This document shows positions 9,165 to 19,341 of a stretch of DNA of 64,000 nucleotides, piece after piece (position 1 is the stretch's first letter; every line of letters begins with the position of its first letter). Source of the DNA: Candidatus Margulisiibacteriota bacterium (GTDB taxonomy: Bacteria > Margulisbacteria > Marinamargulisbacteria > JBFWNS01); the NCBI GenBank assembly GCA_050250935.1, contig JBFWNS010000001.1:160001-224000 (forward strand), written 5' to 3'. Under the pieces are notes generated by a model. It ran no database searches and had not been told where the DNA came from. It saw nothing but the letters and a program-made list of their open reading frames with translations. A program made the translations under genes and the position numbers.

Positions 9165-11192
9165 GGCGTTAAAACTCTCCATCTTTTTTCGCATTGCGTT
9201 AGTCAGTCGAAATCCTGGCATCTGCAGACCTCGTTTAAGACAATCGGACAATGCCGTTTTGACACTGGGGGGATACTTTGCCAAAGGCGCCATCGCAACC
9301 TCAAAATGCATCAAATGAAATTCCCAATATTTCCCCACAATAGCCTTAATAAAAGGAGGGGCATCGGAGACCATAACCGCATTATAAATCTCTTTTAGAT
9401 GACCTTCCAAGTGGGCTAGATAAGCCTTTTGCTCTGGGGAAAGTTGCGTTGTATTTTTTCCAAACGTGGCTTTTAAATACTCCCCTGCATCAAAGATCAA
9501 TTGATGGACACAAAACAACAGACGATTAAAGAGTTCCTCAAGATACTGATAGGCCGTTTGAATCTGCACCTCTCTATCGGATGTGGGTTGTTCAGCACCC
9601 CATTGTTTAAACTGATCCGAAACCATTGAAAAAGCCCGCTTTAAAGCAACTTTATAGGCCATCGTAAGATCCGGCACGAGGATTTGTTGGGAACCAACCT
9701 TATACGAACGGTATTCATAGGCCACATTTTGGGTCCCATAAAGTGCAAAACACAGGGTCTTTAAACTAACGTTTGGGGATTGACTTAACCGATCCAAATA
9801 TCGTTCTGGACAAAAATCTCTGAGGGTTGTTGCCAAAGTTGCAAAAACACCTGCATAGACATACTCAAAACGTTGCCCAATTTCTGGAGGCAAGGAAACC
9901 AGTTCAGGTTCCCTTTGGTAGCAAGCTATAACCCGTACCCATCGACCCTGAGGTGTTTCTTGGACTGCCACAACCGCGCGATTGGTATAATCGCTGATAC
10001 TATTTCCCCGTTGATCGGTTTCTTCCACCCCAAATTTGGTTCGACCTGCAGATTGCATATGGTTTCTGGTAAGCGCAGGATTACGGGGGTGGCTTCGTTC
10101 CACAAATTTTACATTCGACTGACAACTATCCTGGGGTTTTACCACCACAGTTGGACAGGCAAACTCCTGACCGGGGACCAAAAATTTGGAATCAGGGTTG
10201 GGAAAACCAGGAAAGTATCGTTTCGCTTCTACCCCATTGAAACACTGGGCCAAAACCGGGACATTGGGATACAGCATATGGGCAGGATCAAATTCTACAG
10301 GGTTCACGCCATAACGGGTCTGTGCCAACAGTAACCGTTGCATCCCTTTAGGCCACTGATATCCAAAAACCCGAACATCGCCATCTTCTGTGGCTCTAGG
10401 AGATGCAGTATAAACATACTCGAATCTGGGCGTCGTTGACTTGGGTAGCTGTTGCCGAAAATCAGTCTGGGTTGGGAAAAGGGCCCGAAACGATTCAGAA
10501 GTCGTACGCCTTGGGAGAGGCGCAGAAGTTGTCAGGCGGTGTTGGGGGTCCACCGATGGGGCCAGGCTTGCCAAAATACCCTCGTGGGCTCCAAAACGAA
10601 GTAAAGATTCTCCCAGATCTTGAACTTCACAGATCAATGGCCTTCCAGCTTGATCTTTATAATCAACCACCATCACAACCGTATCCCCAACCTGCCATGG
10701 CACGGGCACAAAATCGGCATCCACCATGGCTTCTGGCCTTCGAGATCTCTCGATAAACGCCTGCAAAACGCTACTTTTCGCCAGATTGTCCGGATGAATC
10801 TCAAACCGAGATCCATCTCGCAGGGCTTGCAAAGGGTCAGCCCCTGCCCGAAGTAAGGCATCTTCGTAGTTAGAGCCTCGACACCCATACAGCACCTCAT
10901 GTAAGGGTGTATGCCCTGCTTGATCTGATTGAAGATGAAACAAGGGCGTTCCATAGTATCGCTTTAACAGCAACACCAATTTCTGAAACCGTTCAGGGGC
11001 CAATCGTTCTCGTATGGCCTGAATCAGTAATAACAGTGGATTTAGTCTGGATTGTAGCGTTCTTAATACGAGATTAAGATCGCGGGGATTTTGGCTGTCT
11101 CGAGTCGCCTGTACCAATGCTAATTGGAATACCGTCAAAGCATCGGGTCCGCCTACTGCAGGTTGAATCGAGACATATTTGTAAACACCCAT
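9159..11192 (-). CDS. Hypothetical protein (677 aa) with one ankyrin-like repeat
   Basis: Long ORF containing 'DQAGHTPLH...LLRAGADP'. Confidence 0.7.
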   Translation of the reverse strand: MGVYKYVSIQPAVGGPDALTVFQLALVQATRDSQNPRDLNLVLRTLQSRLNPLLLLIQAIRERLAPERFQKLVLLLKRYYGTPLFHLQSDQAGHTPLHEVLYGCRGSNYEDALLRAGADPLQALRDGSRFEIHPDNLAKSSVLQAFIERSRRPEAMVDADFVPVPWQVGDTVVMVVDYKDQAGRPLICEVQDLGESLLRFGAHEGILASLAPSVDPQHRLTTSAPLPRRTTSESFRALFPTQTDFRQQLPKSTTPRFEYVYTASPRATEDGDVRVFGYQWPKGMQRLLLAQTRYGVNPVEFDPAHMLYPNVPVLAQCFNGVEAKRYFPGFPNPDSKFLVPGQEFACPTVVVKPQDSCQSNVKFVERSHPRNPALTRNHMQSAGRTKFGVEETDQRGNSISDYTNRAVVAVQETPQGRWVRVIACYQREPELVSLPPEIGQRFEYVYAGVFATLATTLRDFCPERYLDRLSQSPNVSLKTLCFALYGTQNVAYEYRSYKVGSQQILVPDLTMAYKVALKRAFSMVSDQFKQWGAEQPTSDREVQIQTAYQYLEELFNRLLFCVHQLIFDAGEYLKATFGKNTTQLSPEQKAYLAHLEGHLKEIYNAVMVSDAPPFIKAIVGKYWEFHLMHFEVAMAPLAKYPPSVKTALSDCLKRGLQMPGFRLTNAMRKKMESFNAL

Positions 11193-11289
11193 ACTCTGTG
11201 GACACCCTTAGTCATTAAACTAAAGGATTATCGGATCCACTTGACCCCAAATGCATCTATTTTTCTCGATTTATTTGAATTTTATTGGG

Positions 11290-11715
11290 TTATCGTTGTT
11301 TCAAATACATCAACGCCAAAAGATAGCTATGCACCCCAAATCCTGCGATTTGACCTTGGCAAACGCCAGCCGTCACCGATTTGTGGCGGAATTCTTCTCG
11401 AGCGTGGATGTTGGACAAATGTACCTCGACTTTGGGCAAATCGATGGCTGCCAAGGCATCCCGAAGGGCATAGCTGTAGTGGGTAAACGCCCCACCATTC
11501 AGAACCAGGGCATCAAACTGGTTGGGCGCCGCTTGAATACGGTCTATCAGTTCACCTTCGTGATTGGATTGAAAAATGTCCAGGGTTAAGCCATTGTCTT
11601 GGCCAAACTTCATCAATGTTGCGTTGATGTCCTCTAGGGTGGTGCTGCCGTAAACGGCTGGTTCGCGCTTTCCAACCAAGTTCAAATTGGGGCCATGAAT
11701 AATTAAGATTCGCAT
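11290..11715 (-). CDS. aroQ: Type II 3-dehydroquinate dehydratase
   Basis: HGPNLNLVGKREPAVYG; EVHLSNIHAREEFR. Confidence 0.97.
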   Translation of the reverse strand: MRILIIHGPNLNLVGKREPAVYGSTTLEDINATLMKFGQDNGLTLDIFQSNHEGELIDRIQAAPNQFDALVLNGGAFTHYSYALRDALAAIDLPKVEVHLSNIHAREEFRHKSVTAGVCQGQIAGFGVHSYLLALMYLKQR

Positions 11716-12800
11716 ACAAGCTCCTTTATAACAGCTTCAATCAGGCTAAGCGGCACATCGGACCGGGTTTCGACCTTGCCCAGCTGGGTGGGCAACACAA
11801 ATCGCAACTTACCCTGACGCACTTTTTTGTCTTGAAACAGCGGCGTCATCAGGGCCTGTACGGCGATGGGTTTTAGGGTTAATTCAAAGCCCAATTCGGC
11901 CAACAAATTTTCCAACCTCACACAGGCGTCTTCTTCGATCAGATGCATGCGGTGGGCAATGCGCATGGCCGCTTTCATGCCAATGGCTATGGCCTCGCCG
12001 TGCAGATAGACTGAATACCCAAAAGCCGCTTCAATGGCATGGCCGATGGTGTGTCCAAAATTCAATATCTCGCGCAATCCTGCTTCTTTTTCATCCAAAG
12101 ACACCACATGGGCTTTAATTTGTGCCGATTGTTCGACAATGTGCTGCCAAACCTCGGGGTTTTGGTCAAAATTTGGGGTTCGAATCACCTCGGAATGGGC
12201 CTGAAGCCAGGCAAAAAAGTCGGCGTCAAAAATCACGCCATATTTCACCACTTCGGCCAATCCACACCGCCATTCTCGGCTGGGCAGGGTTTTTAAAACC
12301 TCTAAATCACAGACCGTCATGGTGGGTTGATAAAACGTGCCTACCAAATTTTTGCCGTGGGGAATGTTAATGCCTGTTTTGCCGCCGATGGCCGAATCCA
12401 CCTGGGCAAGCAGGGTTGTGGGAACTTGGAACAACCGAATGCCCCGCAAATAGACCGAGGCTGCAAATCCAGCCAAATCGCCAATCACGCCGCCGCCCAA
12501 GGCCACAACCGCATCGCCACGCTCGAACCGATGTTCGGCAAGCAAGCCCACAATGTGCTGAAGTTGCTCAAAACATTTGGCGGTTTCCCCACTGGGTATC
12601 AGGATGGGTAAACAGTCGAAACCAGCCTCCTGAAGGGATTGGATCAGTGGCGTTGCATGGACCTGAATATTGGGATTGGTCACCACAGCTATTTTTTTGG
12701 CCTTTGTTTGATCCCGAATCCAGTCTGGGATTTTCCCCAAAAGCCCTCGTCCGACATGAATGGGATAGGTGGTTGTTGCAGTGGTCACGGTAATCGGCAT
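11703..12800 (-). CDS. aroB: 3-dehydroquinate synthase
   Basis: GGGVIGDLAGF, PTTLLAQVDSAIGGKTG, LNFGHT. Start placed at MPITV. Confidence 0.97.
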   Translation of the reverse strand: MPITVTTATTTYPIHVGRGLLGKIPDWIRDQTKAKKIAVVTNPNIQVHATPLIQSLQEAGFDCLPILIPSGETAKCFEQLQHIVGLLAEHRFERGDAVVALGGGVIGDLAGFAASVYLRGIRLFQVPTTLLAQVDSAIGGKTGINIPHGKNLVGTFYQPTMTVCDLEVLKTLPSREWRCGLAEVVKYGVIFDADFFAWLQAHSEVIRTPNFDQNPEVWQHIVEQSAQIKAHVVSLDEKEAGLREILNFGHTIGHAIEAAFGYSVYLHGEAIAIGMKAAMRIAHRMHLIEEDACVRLENLLAELGFELTLKPIAVQALMTPLFQDKKVRQGKLRFVLPTQLGKVETRSDVPLSLIEAVIKELVCES

Positions 12801-12906
12801 GGGGTCATTATACCTGAAATTTTTCAATGTTTAAGTCTTCGTAAAAGTGGGAATATTCCCGCGCGGAGTAGCACCACTCCACAATTTTCGGTAAGGAGGA
12901 TGTTTT

Positions 12907-13383
12907 ATGCGTTACCTATCGTTATGTGTGGGTGTTTTGCTCTTAATTTCGTCCGGATTAACCGCAGCGCCACGATGGGGAGTCGAAGTTGTTCCCCACA
13001 CAACCAGCATTGGGTTGTTGTGCTATGACACGGGTTTTGGCGGTGGGATTTCGATTGGCAGTTCTGCGGACAATGCAGCGGCTAAAACGGCCCTAACTCG
13101 CATCGGGTTTTTTGTCGAAAAGCGGGATTTGGTCTCGGACGATATGATGATGCTAACCTATGGGATTGATGCTTATACCCTATCCGGAACGGATGCCGGT
13201 GTGACCTTGGATAAAGGCTATGGTTATGGACCTTTTATTGGTTTCGAAAAACCCTTGGCCAACCGTATTTTACTGTCGGTTTGGACCCTGCCAATATCGT
13301 TTCATACTGTAGCAAAAGCAGGGGTTTCGGTGGATACCGTGAAGTATTTTGACAGCGGCTTGGGCGTTAGCTATTGGTTCTAG
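12907..13383 (+). CDS. Small exported protein, probable outer-membrane beta-barrel
   Basis: Signal peptide, amphipathic beta strands, C-terminal GLGVSYWF. Confidence 0.65.
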   Translation: MRYLSLCVGVLLLISSGLTAAPRWGVEVVPHTTSIGLLCYDTGFGGGISIGSSADNAAAKTALTRIGFFVEKRDLVSDDMMMLTYGIDAYTLSGTDAGVTLDKGYGYGPFIGFEKPLANRILLSVWTLPISFHTVAKAGVSVDTVKYFDSGLGVSYWF

Positions 13384-13534
13384 TCATAACACTGCGCTGA
13401 ATAACTGAGTCTGAAGGCCTTGGGAATTTAAGGTCGACTTTCCCAAGGCCCCTACAAAACACGGCCTGAATACAGTAAACTACCCCTACCGGCGCTACAC
13501 CACAAAATCCCTTGGCCACGGTAGGAGTTGCATC

Positions 13535-14794
13535 ATGTTGTTGTCTTCGATTGCCCATGTTCAGAAAATTGATCCTGAAGTTACCGAATCCCTGCTTAAA
13601 GAACTCCGCCGCCAACGCAATAATATTGAATTGATCGCTTCTGAAAACTTCACCTCTTTGGCTGTTATGGAAGCCCAAGGCACCTGGCTGACCAATAAAT
13701 ACGCCGAAGGGTTGCCTGATAAACGCTATTACGGCGGCTGCGACTATGTCGACGAAGTGGAAAAATTGGCCATCGCAAGGGCCAAACAGGTGTTTGGTGC
13801 CGACCATGCCAACGTTCAGCCCCATTCTGGCGCGCAGGCCAACACAGCCGTCATGTTTGCCACCCTCAAACCTGGGGACACGATTATGGGCATGAACTTG
13901 GCCCACGGTGGACATTTAACCCATGGGTCGCCCGTCAGCTTGTCTGGGTCTTATTTTAATGTGATTCCCTACGGTGTGGATCCCACCACCTTCCGCATCG
14001 ACTACAACGAACTCGAAACCATCGCCAAACGCGAAAAACCCAAAATGATTATTGCGGGTGCATCAGCCTATCCCCGCATCATCGATTTTGAACGCATCGG
14101 CAAAATTGCCAAAGAAATCGGCGCGATTTTCTTTGTGGATATGGCCCACATTGCCGGTTTGGTCGCAGCCGGTTTGCATCCCAGCCCTGTTCCCCATGCC
14201 GACATTGTCACCACCACCACCCACAAAACCCTTCGCGGACCCCGAGGCGGCATGATTTTGTGCACCGAAGCCTATCAAAAACAAATCGACAAAGCGGTTT
14301 TCCCCGGCATTCAAGGCGGGCCACTCATGCACGTGATTGCCGCCAAAGCTGTGGCCTTCAAAGAAGCCTTGTCCCCTGAATTTAAAACCTACCAGTCTCA
14401 GGTTATCAAGAATTCCCAACAACTGGCCCAAACCCTAATCAGTCGCGGATTTACCCTGCTTTCAGGCGGCACCGACAACCACCTCATGCTGGTGGATCTT
14501 CGCCCTCAACAATTAACAGGCAAAGTAGTGGAACACAAACTCGACGAGATTGGCATTACCGTCAACAAAAACGCCATTCCGTTTGACACGGAAAGCCCCT
14601 TCATCACCTCTGGGATTCGCATCGGAACGCCTGCTGCCACTGCACGAGGTATGAAAGAAGATGCCATGACCGCTATCGGAAACCTGATTGCCGATCTGGT
14701 GGCCAATATCGACAACGAGGCCAAAATTGCCGAACTTCGGACCCAGGTCTCGGCACTCACCGACCGTTACCCGCTCTATCCCGAACTCCAATAA
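13535..14794 (+). CDS. glyA: Serine hydroxymethyltransferase
   Basis: [27 protein letters not shown]. Confidence 0.98.
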   Translation: MLLSSIAHVQKIDPEVTESLLKELRRQRNNIELIASENFTSLAVMEAQGTWLTNKYAEGLPDKRYYGGCDYVDEVEKLAIARAKQVFGADHANVQPHSGAQANTAVMFATLKPGDTIMGMNLAHGGHLTHGSPVSLSGSYFNVIPYGVDPTTFRIDYNELETIAKREKPKMIIAGASAYPRIIDFERIGKIAKEIGAIFFVDMAHIAGLVAAGLHPSPVPHADIVTTTTHKTLRGPRGGMILCTEAYQKQIDKAVFPGIQGGPLMHVIAAKAVAFKEALSPEFKTYQSQVIKNSQQLAQTLISRGFTLLSGGTDNHLMLVDLRPQQLTGKVVEHKLDEIGITVNKNAIPFDTESPFITSGIRIGTPAATARGMKEDAMTAIGNLIADLVANIDNEAKIAELRTQVSALTDRYPLYPELQ

Positions 14795-15642
14795 TGCTTA
14801 AAATTGGCTATTTGGGGCCAGCCGGAACGTTTACCGAAAAGGCCATGCAGGTGTACACCCGCACCCTGTCTGTCCCCTTTGAAACCCAGGCTGGCGAATC
14901 CTTTTTTGAACTGTTTGAGGGCCTCAAAAACAACACCCTCACCCATGCCGTGATTGCCATTGAAAACTCCATCGAAGGGGCCGTTGCCCCGAACTTGGAC
15001 ATGTTGGTTCAAAACGAAACCTTAAAAATTTGTGCGGATTTAAAGCTGCCCATTTCGCAGGCGTTGATTACCGCAGAGCCCTTGGCCCTGGATCGGATCA
15101 CCGATATCTATTCCCATCCCCAAGGTTTTGCCCAATGCCAAACTTTTTTGCTTTCCCAATTGCCCAAGGTCCGGGTCCATCCCCTGGCTTCAACCGCCGA
15201 AGGGGTGGCCCATCTTAAACCCGGTAGCACCCATGCGGTGATAGGCGCTGCTATTCTAGCCGAGTTGTATCACTTGCATTGCCACACCCCCAACATCCAA
15301 GATTCCAAAACCAACACCACCCGTTTTGTGGTGATTGCCCACGATTTCCCGCCCCCTTCCGGGCAAGACAAAACCTCGATTGTGTTTTCCACTTTAAAAG
15401 ACAAACCCGGCGGCCTTTATGAGGTGCTTGGGGCTTTTGCCAAACGCACCATTAACTTGACCCGCATTGAATCTCGCCCCACCAAACAAGGGTTGGGCGA
15501 TTATGTATTTTTTATCGATTTGGAAGGCCATGCTGCCGATGCCAATGTGGCCGAAGCCTTGGATGAATTGCAACACAAAACCTCGTTTTACCGACTTTTG
15601 GGATCTTACCCCACACTACCCTTGCCAAAGGAGCCGTCATGA
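14794..15642 (+). CDS. pheA: Prephenate dehydratase
   Basis: [22 protein letters not shown] domain with LTRIESRP. Confidence 0.96.
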   Translation: MLKIGYLGPAGTFTEKAMQVYTRTLSVPFETQAGESFFELFEGLKNNTLTHAVIAIENSIEGAVAPNLDMLVQNETLKICADLKLPISQALITAEPLALDRITDIYSHPQGFAQCQTFLLSQLPKVRVHPLASTAEGVAHLKPGSTHAVIGAAILAELYHLHCHTPNIQDSKTNTTRFVVIAHDFPPPSGQDKTSIVFSTLKDKPGGLYEVLGAFAKRTINLTRIESRPTKQGLGDYVFFIDLEGHAADANVAEALDELQHKTSFYRLLGSYPTLPLPKEPS

Positions 15643-16892
15643 TCGATCCGAAGCGCATCCGCGATGAATTGGACACTGTTCGCCAAGCCCTGCAAAACCG
15701 ACACTTTCCCGCCGAAGCCCTGGACCAAGTGGCTCAACTGGATGCCCAGTGGCTGGAAGCCAGACACAAACTCGAACAGCTCCAAACCGAACGGAACCAA
15801 CAAACCCCCAAGGGCAAACCCACGGACGAACAACGCCAAGCCCTGGGGCAACTCTCTGCAGCGGTTAAAGCCCAACAAGAAACGGTGGACGCCTTGGCCA
15901 CCGACCTTCAAAAAGCCTGTCTAATGCTCCCCAGCATTCCCGATGCCACGGTGCCCATTGGTGCCTCTGAAGATGACAATGTCGAAGTCAAAACCTGGGG
16001 AACCCCACCCACCTTAGATTTTGAACCCAAAAGCCACGATGTTTTGGCCGAAAAATTGGGGATTTTGGATTTCGAAAGCTCGGCCAAAACCTCGGGAGCT
16101 CGGTTTGTGTGTTATCGGGGATTGGGCGCGAAATTGGAACGTGCCCTGATCAACTTTATGCTGGATGTTCAAACCCAAGACAACGGCTACGAAGAAATGA
16201 TTCCCCCTGTTTTAATCAATTCTCAAAGCATGGTGGGAACCGGTCAGTTGCCCAAATTCGCCGAAGAAAGTTTCAAGATCGAAAACACCGATTTTTGGTT
16301 GGCCCCCACCGCCGAGGTTCCCCTGACGAACCTATACCGGGACCATATTTTTGACGAGGCCGAGCTTCCAAAAGCCATCACCGCCTATACCCCTTGTTTT
16401 CGCAAAGAAGCAGGCTCTTATGGCAAAGACATGAAAGGTATTATCCGTCTTCATCAATTTAACAAGGTCGAGTTGGTCCGGTTTTGCAGCCCGGAACACT
16501 CTGCAGCCGAACACGAAAAGCTGTTGGGCCATGCCGAAACCATTTTGCAAAAACTGGGGCTTGCCTACCGGGTCATTACCCTGTGCACCGGCGACTTGGG
16601 CTTCTCTGCCGGCAAAACCTATGACATCGAAGTTTGGCTTCCCTCTCAAAATAAATACCGAGAAATTTCGTCCTGTTCGAACTTTTTTGATTTTCAAGCC
16701 CGCCGTGCCATGATACGATACAGAGAGTCTGGGACGGGGAAAGTACGCTATTTACATACCCTGAACGGATCTGGATTGGCTGTTGGCCGCACCTTTGCTG
16801 CCCTGTTGGAAAATGGTCAGCAAGCGGATGGCAGTATTCTGATTCCAGAAGTTCTGGTTCCATATCTGGGGGTGAAACAACTTCATGGCTGA
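15639..16892 (+). CDS. serS: Seryl-tRNA synthetase
   Basis: [32 protein letters not shown]. Confidence 0.98.
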   Translation: MIDPKRIRDELDTVRQALQNRHFPAEALDQVAQLDAQWLEARHKLEQLQTERNQQTPKGKPTDEQRQALGQLSAAVKAQQETVDALATDLQKACLMLPSIPDATVPIGASEDDNVEVKTWGTPPTLDFEPKSHDVLAEKLGILDFESSAKTSGARFVCYRGLGAKLERALINFMLDVQTQDNGYEEMIPPVLINSQSMVGTGQLPKFAEESFKIENTDFWLAPTAEVPLTNLYRDHIFDEAELPKAITAYTPCFRKEAGSYGKDMKGIIRLHQFNKVELVRFCSPEHSAAEHEKLLGHAETILQKLGLAYRVITLCTGDLGFSAGKTYDIEVWLPSQNKYREISSCSNFFDFQARRAMIRYRESGTGKVRYLHTLNGSGLAVGRTFAALLENGQQADGSILIPEVLVPYLGVKQLHG

Positions 16893-17166
16893 AAAAAACA
16901 CCAAATTCATTAAATTTTTCAAAGCCCTTGCCAACGAAGAACGGCTTGAAATCCTAAAACTCCTCAAAAAAAATACCGAAATGTTTGCTCAAGATGTTGA
17001 AAAACACTTCTTTTTAGAGCAATCCACGACGTCGCATCACCTGAACATGCTCAAACGGGCCGGGATTACCAAGTCTCGAAAAGAAGGTCGCAAAATTTTT
17101 TATTCCATCGATTACGATCAATTGAATGCTGCCTTGCAAGAATTTTCTGGGCTCATCAACGGGTAA
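16885..17166 (+). CDS. ArsR/SmtB family transcriptional regulator
   Basis: [13 protein letters not shown]...[13 protein letters not shown] winged HTH. Confidence 0.9.
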   Translation: MAEKNTKFIKFFKALANEERLEILKLLKKNTEMFAQDVEKHFFLEQSTTSHHLNMLKRAGITKSRKEGRKIFYSIDYDQLNAALQEFSGLING

Positions 17167-17309
17167 AATCCGGGTAATATTCAGAATTATCCATACATGT
17201 ATCCCTTAAAACCTGTCGATAAACCAGCCAAAGGGCAACGATTATGACAGCACATTCCCAAAATCTTCCAACCCAAACGACACCTGATTCTCGCAGAGGC
17301 GGGGTTTTT

Positions 17310-17558
17310 ATGGTGTCTTCAAAGGAAAAACAGTCGAAATTTGAAGCTGTTTTGAAAAGCATTTTACCCCATTTGGGCACCCACGAAGGTCGTATTATTT
17401 TGGCTGAAGTCATGATTGCTTTAAAACTCGAAGGGATCATTGGTAAACAATTGTCCGAACACGACGCCAAAATGGTTGGGGTGATTAACCAATCCATTGT
17501 GGGCACGCCCTATCGAAAACTCGAGGCCTTGCGTCTGGCCCAAAGACTGTTGGAATAA
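17310..17558 (+). CDS. Small hypothetical protein
   Basis: ORF with plausible helical sequence. Start could be 17244 or 17310. Confidence 0.6.
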   Translation: MVSSKEKQSKFEAVLKSILPHLGTHEGRIILAEVMIALKLEGIIGKQLSEHDAKMVGVINQSIVGTPYRKLEALRLAQRLLE

Positions 17559-17577
17559 AGGGCTTAGGGGATTTTCT

Positions 17578-17757
17578 ATGGTGGATAGCTTTTTTAGCCA
17601 ACGCCCCTCGGAACTGCTGTTTAACAAGGCCAAGGATGTTTTAATGGACATGAATGTGAGTCCTGAAATCATCAAAGATTTGGCCAGCAGCTTGGATTCG
17701 CCTACTAAACATCCAGACCCGCCCATCGACACGGGTAAGGGTGGGACTGTGGTGTAA
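17578..17757 (+). CDS. Small hypothetical protein (59 aa)
   Basis: ATG after AGGGG. Stop overlaps the next start (TAATG). Confidence 0.55.
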   Translation: MVDSFFSQRPSELLFNKAKDVLMDMNVSPEIIKDLASSLDSPTKHPDPPIDTGKGGTVV

Positions 17758-18068
17758 TGAACATCAATCCTTCTTCCCGATTTGAGCCCGATCCTGGCTT
17801 AAAGGCCCAACAGGCTGCTGCACAACCCGACCCAAATAACCCTTTTTTAGCCCATTTAAAACAGGCTTCAACCAACCCCAACTTGACCCCATTGATTCCC
17901 AACGAGCAAGCTCAAAAACAGTCTTTGGAGCGGGAAAAACAAAAAATTGGGGAAGAGTTTTATGTGGAAGAATCTGAAGATGGGGAAAGCATTGCCAAAA
18001 CCGTCAGCGAGATCAAAAAAAAGCTCAAAGCCATTTCCGATCTAGAACGACGGCATTTGGGGTTATAA
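17757..18068 (+). CDS. Hypothetical protein (103 aa)
   Basis: Translationally coupled ORF with low-complexity N-terminus and coiled-coil C-terminus. Confidence 0.65.
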   Translation: MNINPSSRFEPDPGLKAQQAAAQPDPNNPFLAHLKQASTNPNLTPLIPNEQAQKQSLEREKQKIGEEFYVEESEDGESIAKTVSEIKKKLKAISDLERRHLGL

Positions 18069-18069
18069 G

Positions 18070-18324
18070 TTACCGATAGACATCTTTTCGATGTCTTACA
18101 CGCAATACAGTAATTGTGGCTTCCTCAACGGTATAAACCAACCTGTAATCGCCTTCTCGAAGGCGGTAGGTATGCAGAGAACCGCTGAGTTTTTTACTGT
18201 CCGTTGGGAAAGGGTTATCGATTAATTCTAAAAGACGCTTATCAAATCGCCTCAGCATCAAAGCAGGCAACTCTTCAAGCTCTTTTTGGGCCTTTTTGCT
18301 AATAAAAAGACTAAATTTTTCCAT
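18070..18324 (-). CDS. RelE/ParE family type II toxin
   Basis: KKAQKEL...NPFPTDSKKL...YRLREGDYRLVY...VRHRKDVYR. Start placed at MEKFS. Confidence 0.92.
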   Translation of the reverse strand: MEKFSLFISKKAQKELEELPALMLRRFDKRLLELIDNPFPTDSKKLSGSLHTYRLREGDYRLVYTVEEATITVLRVRHRKDVYR

Positions 18325-18520
18325 GCGCCTTAAGCTGTTCTCGAAATTTGTCGTAAGAGATTTTCTCATCCTCTCTACGCTCTGCAACAACAGCCAAGTC
18401 TTCTAAATCCTCCATGAGGGTTTCATAGCTTTCAATGGGCAACACCACAAAGGCCCGATTACCATCGGCATCCAATACAAACTGGGGGGCTGTTTTAGAC
18501 GACTCTTTTTTCTTTTTCAT
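18311..18520 (-). CDS. Antitoxin partner (RelB/Phd-like)
   Basis: Small acidic ORF (VVLPIESYETLMEDLEDL) upstream of and overlapping the toxin. Confidence 0.85.
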   Translation of the reverse strand: MKKKKESSKTAPQFVLDADGNRAFVVLPIESYETLMEDLEDLAVVAERREDEKISYDKFREQLKAHGKI

Positions 18521-18525
18521 GAGCC

Positions 18526-19341
18526 TTATTTTACATGGATTGAATTCAAAAACAACACCCCTTTGGCGTTGAGTGCGTGCCCGGATCCGATGCCCACAAC
18601 ATGGCCGCGGATGCGTCGGCCCAAAATCGCAAAATCGCCGATCATGTCCAAGACTTTGTGGCGGGCCAGTTCGTCTGGAAACCGCAACGGGTTTAGGTAG
18701 CCGTCGTCTTTGATGATGACTGCGTTGTCCAAGCTGCCGCCTTGGGCCAGGCCTTTTTCCAGCAAATGGGCCACTTCGTGGTAAAAGCCATAGGTGCGGG
18801 CTGGGGCAATGTCTTGGATAAACGATTCTGGGCTGTCCAACACCGAGGCCACTTGGGTGCCAATAAAGGTGTCGGGATAGGACAAGACATAGGTGAAACG
18901 GGGTTCTGAACTGGGAATAAACAGGATTTTCTTATCCCCATCTTCGATAAAACCAGGGGTTGTAATCACCTGTTCTGGCCAAGGGGTTTCTTGATTTTTA
19001 AGTCCGGCCTTTACAAAGGCCTCCACAAACGCGTTTGCACTGCCATCCACAACGGGTACTTCGGGATGGTCCAATTCGACCCGAAGATTGGCTATACACA
19101 ACCCATAACAGGCCGCCAAAAAATGTTCTGGGGTTTGGACCCTGGCCCCTGCTTTTTCGAGCAAGGTTGCCCGGGCCGTATGAGCCAAAGCATCGGGACG
19201 CACCGGAACCGCTTGCCCGGCAACCTCGAACACAAGTCCTGTCCCCACTGGGGCTGGATGGACCCTACACGTGTTGGCTTTTCCGCTGTGAATGCCGATC
19301 CCATGGATGGCGAAGGACTCGGCTACGGTGTGCTGTTTCAC
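18526..19341 (-). CDS. lpxC: UDP-3-O-acyl-N-acetylglucosamine deacetylase
   Basis: GIGIHSG, TPEHFLAA, APARTYGF, HKVLDMIGD. Confidence 0.96.
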   Translation of the reverse strand: MKQHTVAESFAIHGIGIHSGKANTCRVHPAPVGTGLVFEVAGQAVPVRPDALAHTARATLLEKAGARVQTPEHFLAACYGLCIANLRVELDHPEVPVVDGSANAFVEAFVKAGLKNQETPWPEQVITTPGFIEDGDKKILFIPSSEPRFTYVLSYPDTFIGTQVASVLDSPESFIQDIAPARTYGFYHEVAHLLEKGLAQGGSLDNAVIIKDDGYLNPLRFPDELARHKVLDMIGDFAILGRRIRGHVVGIGSGHALNAKGVLFLNSIHVK

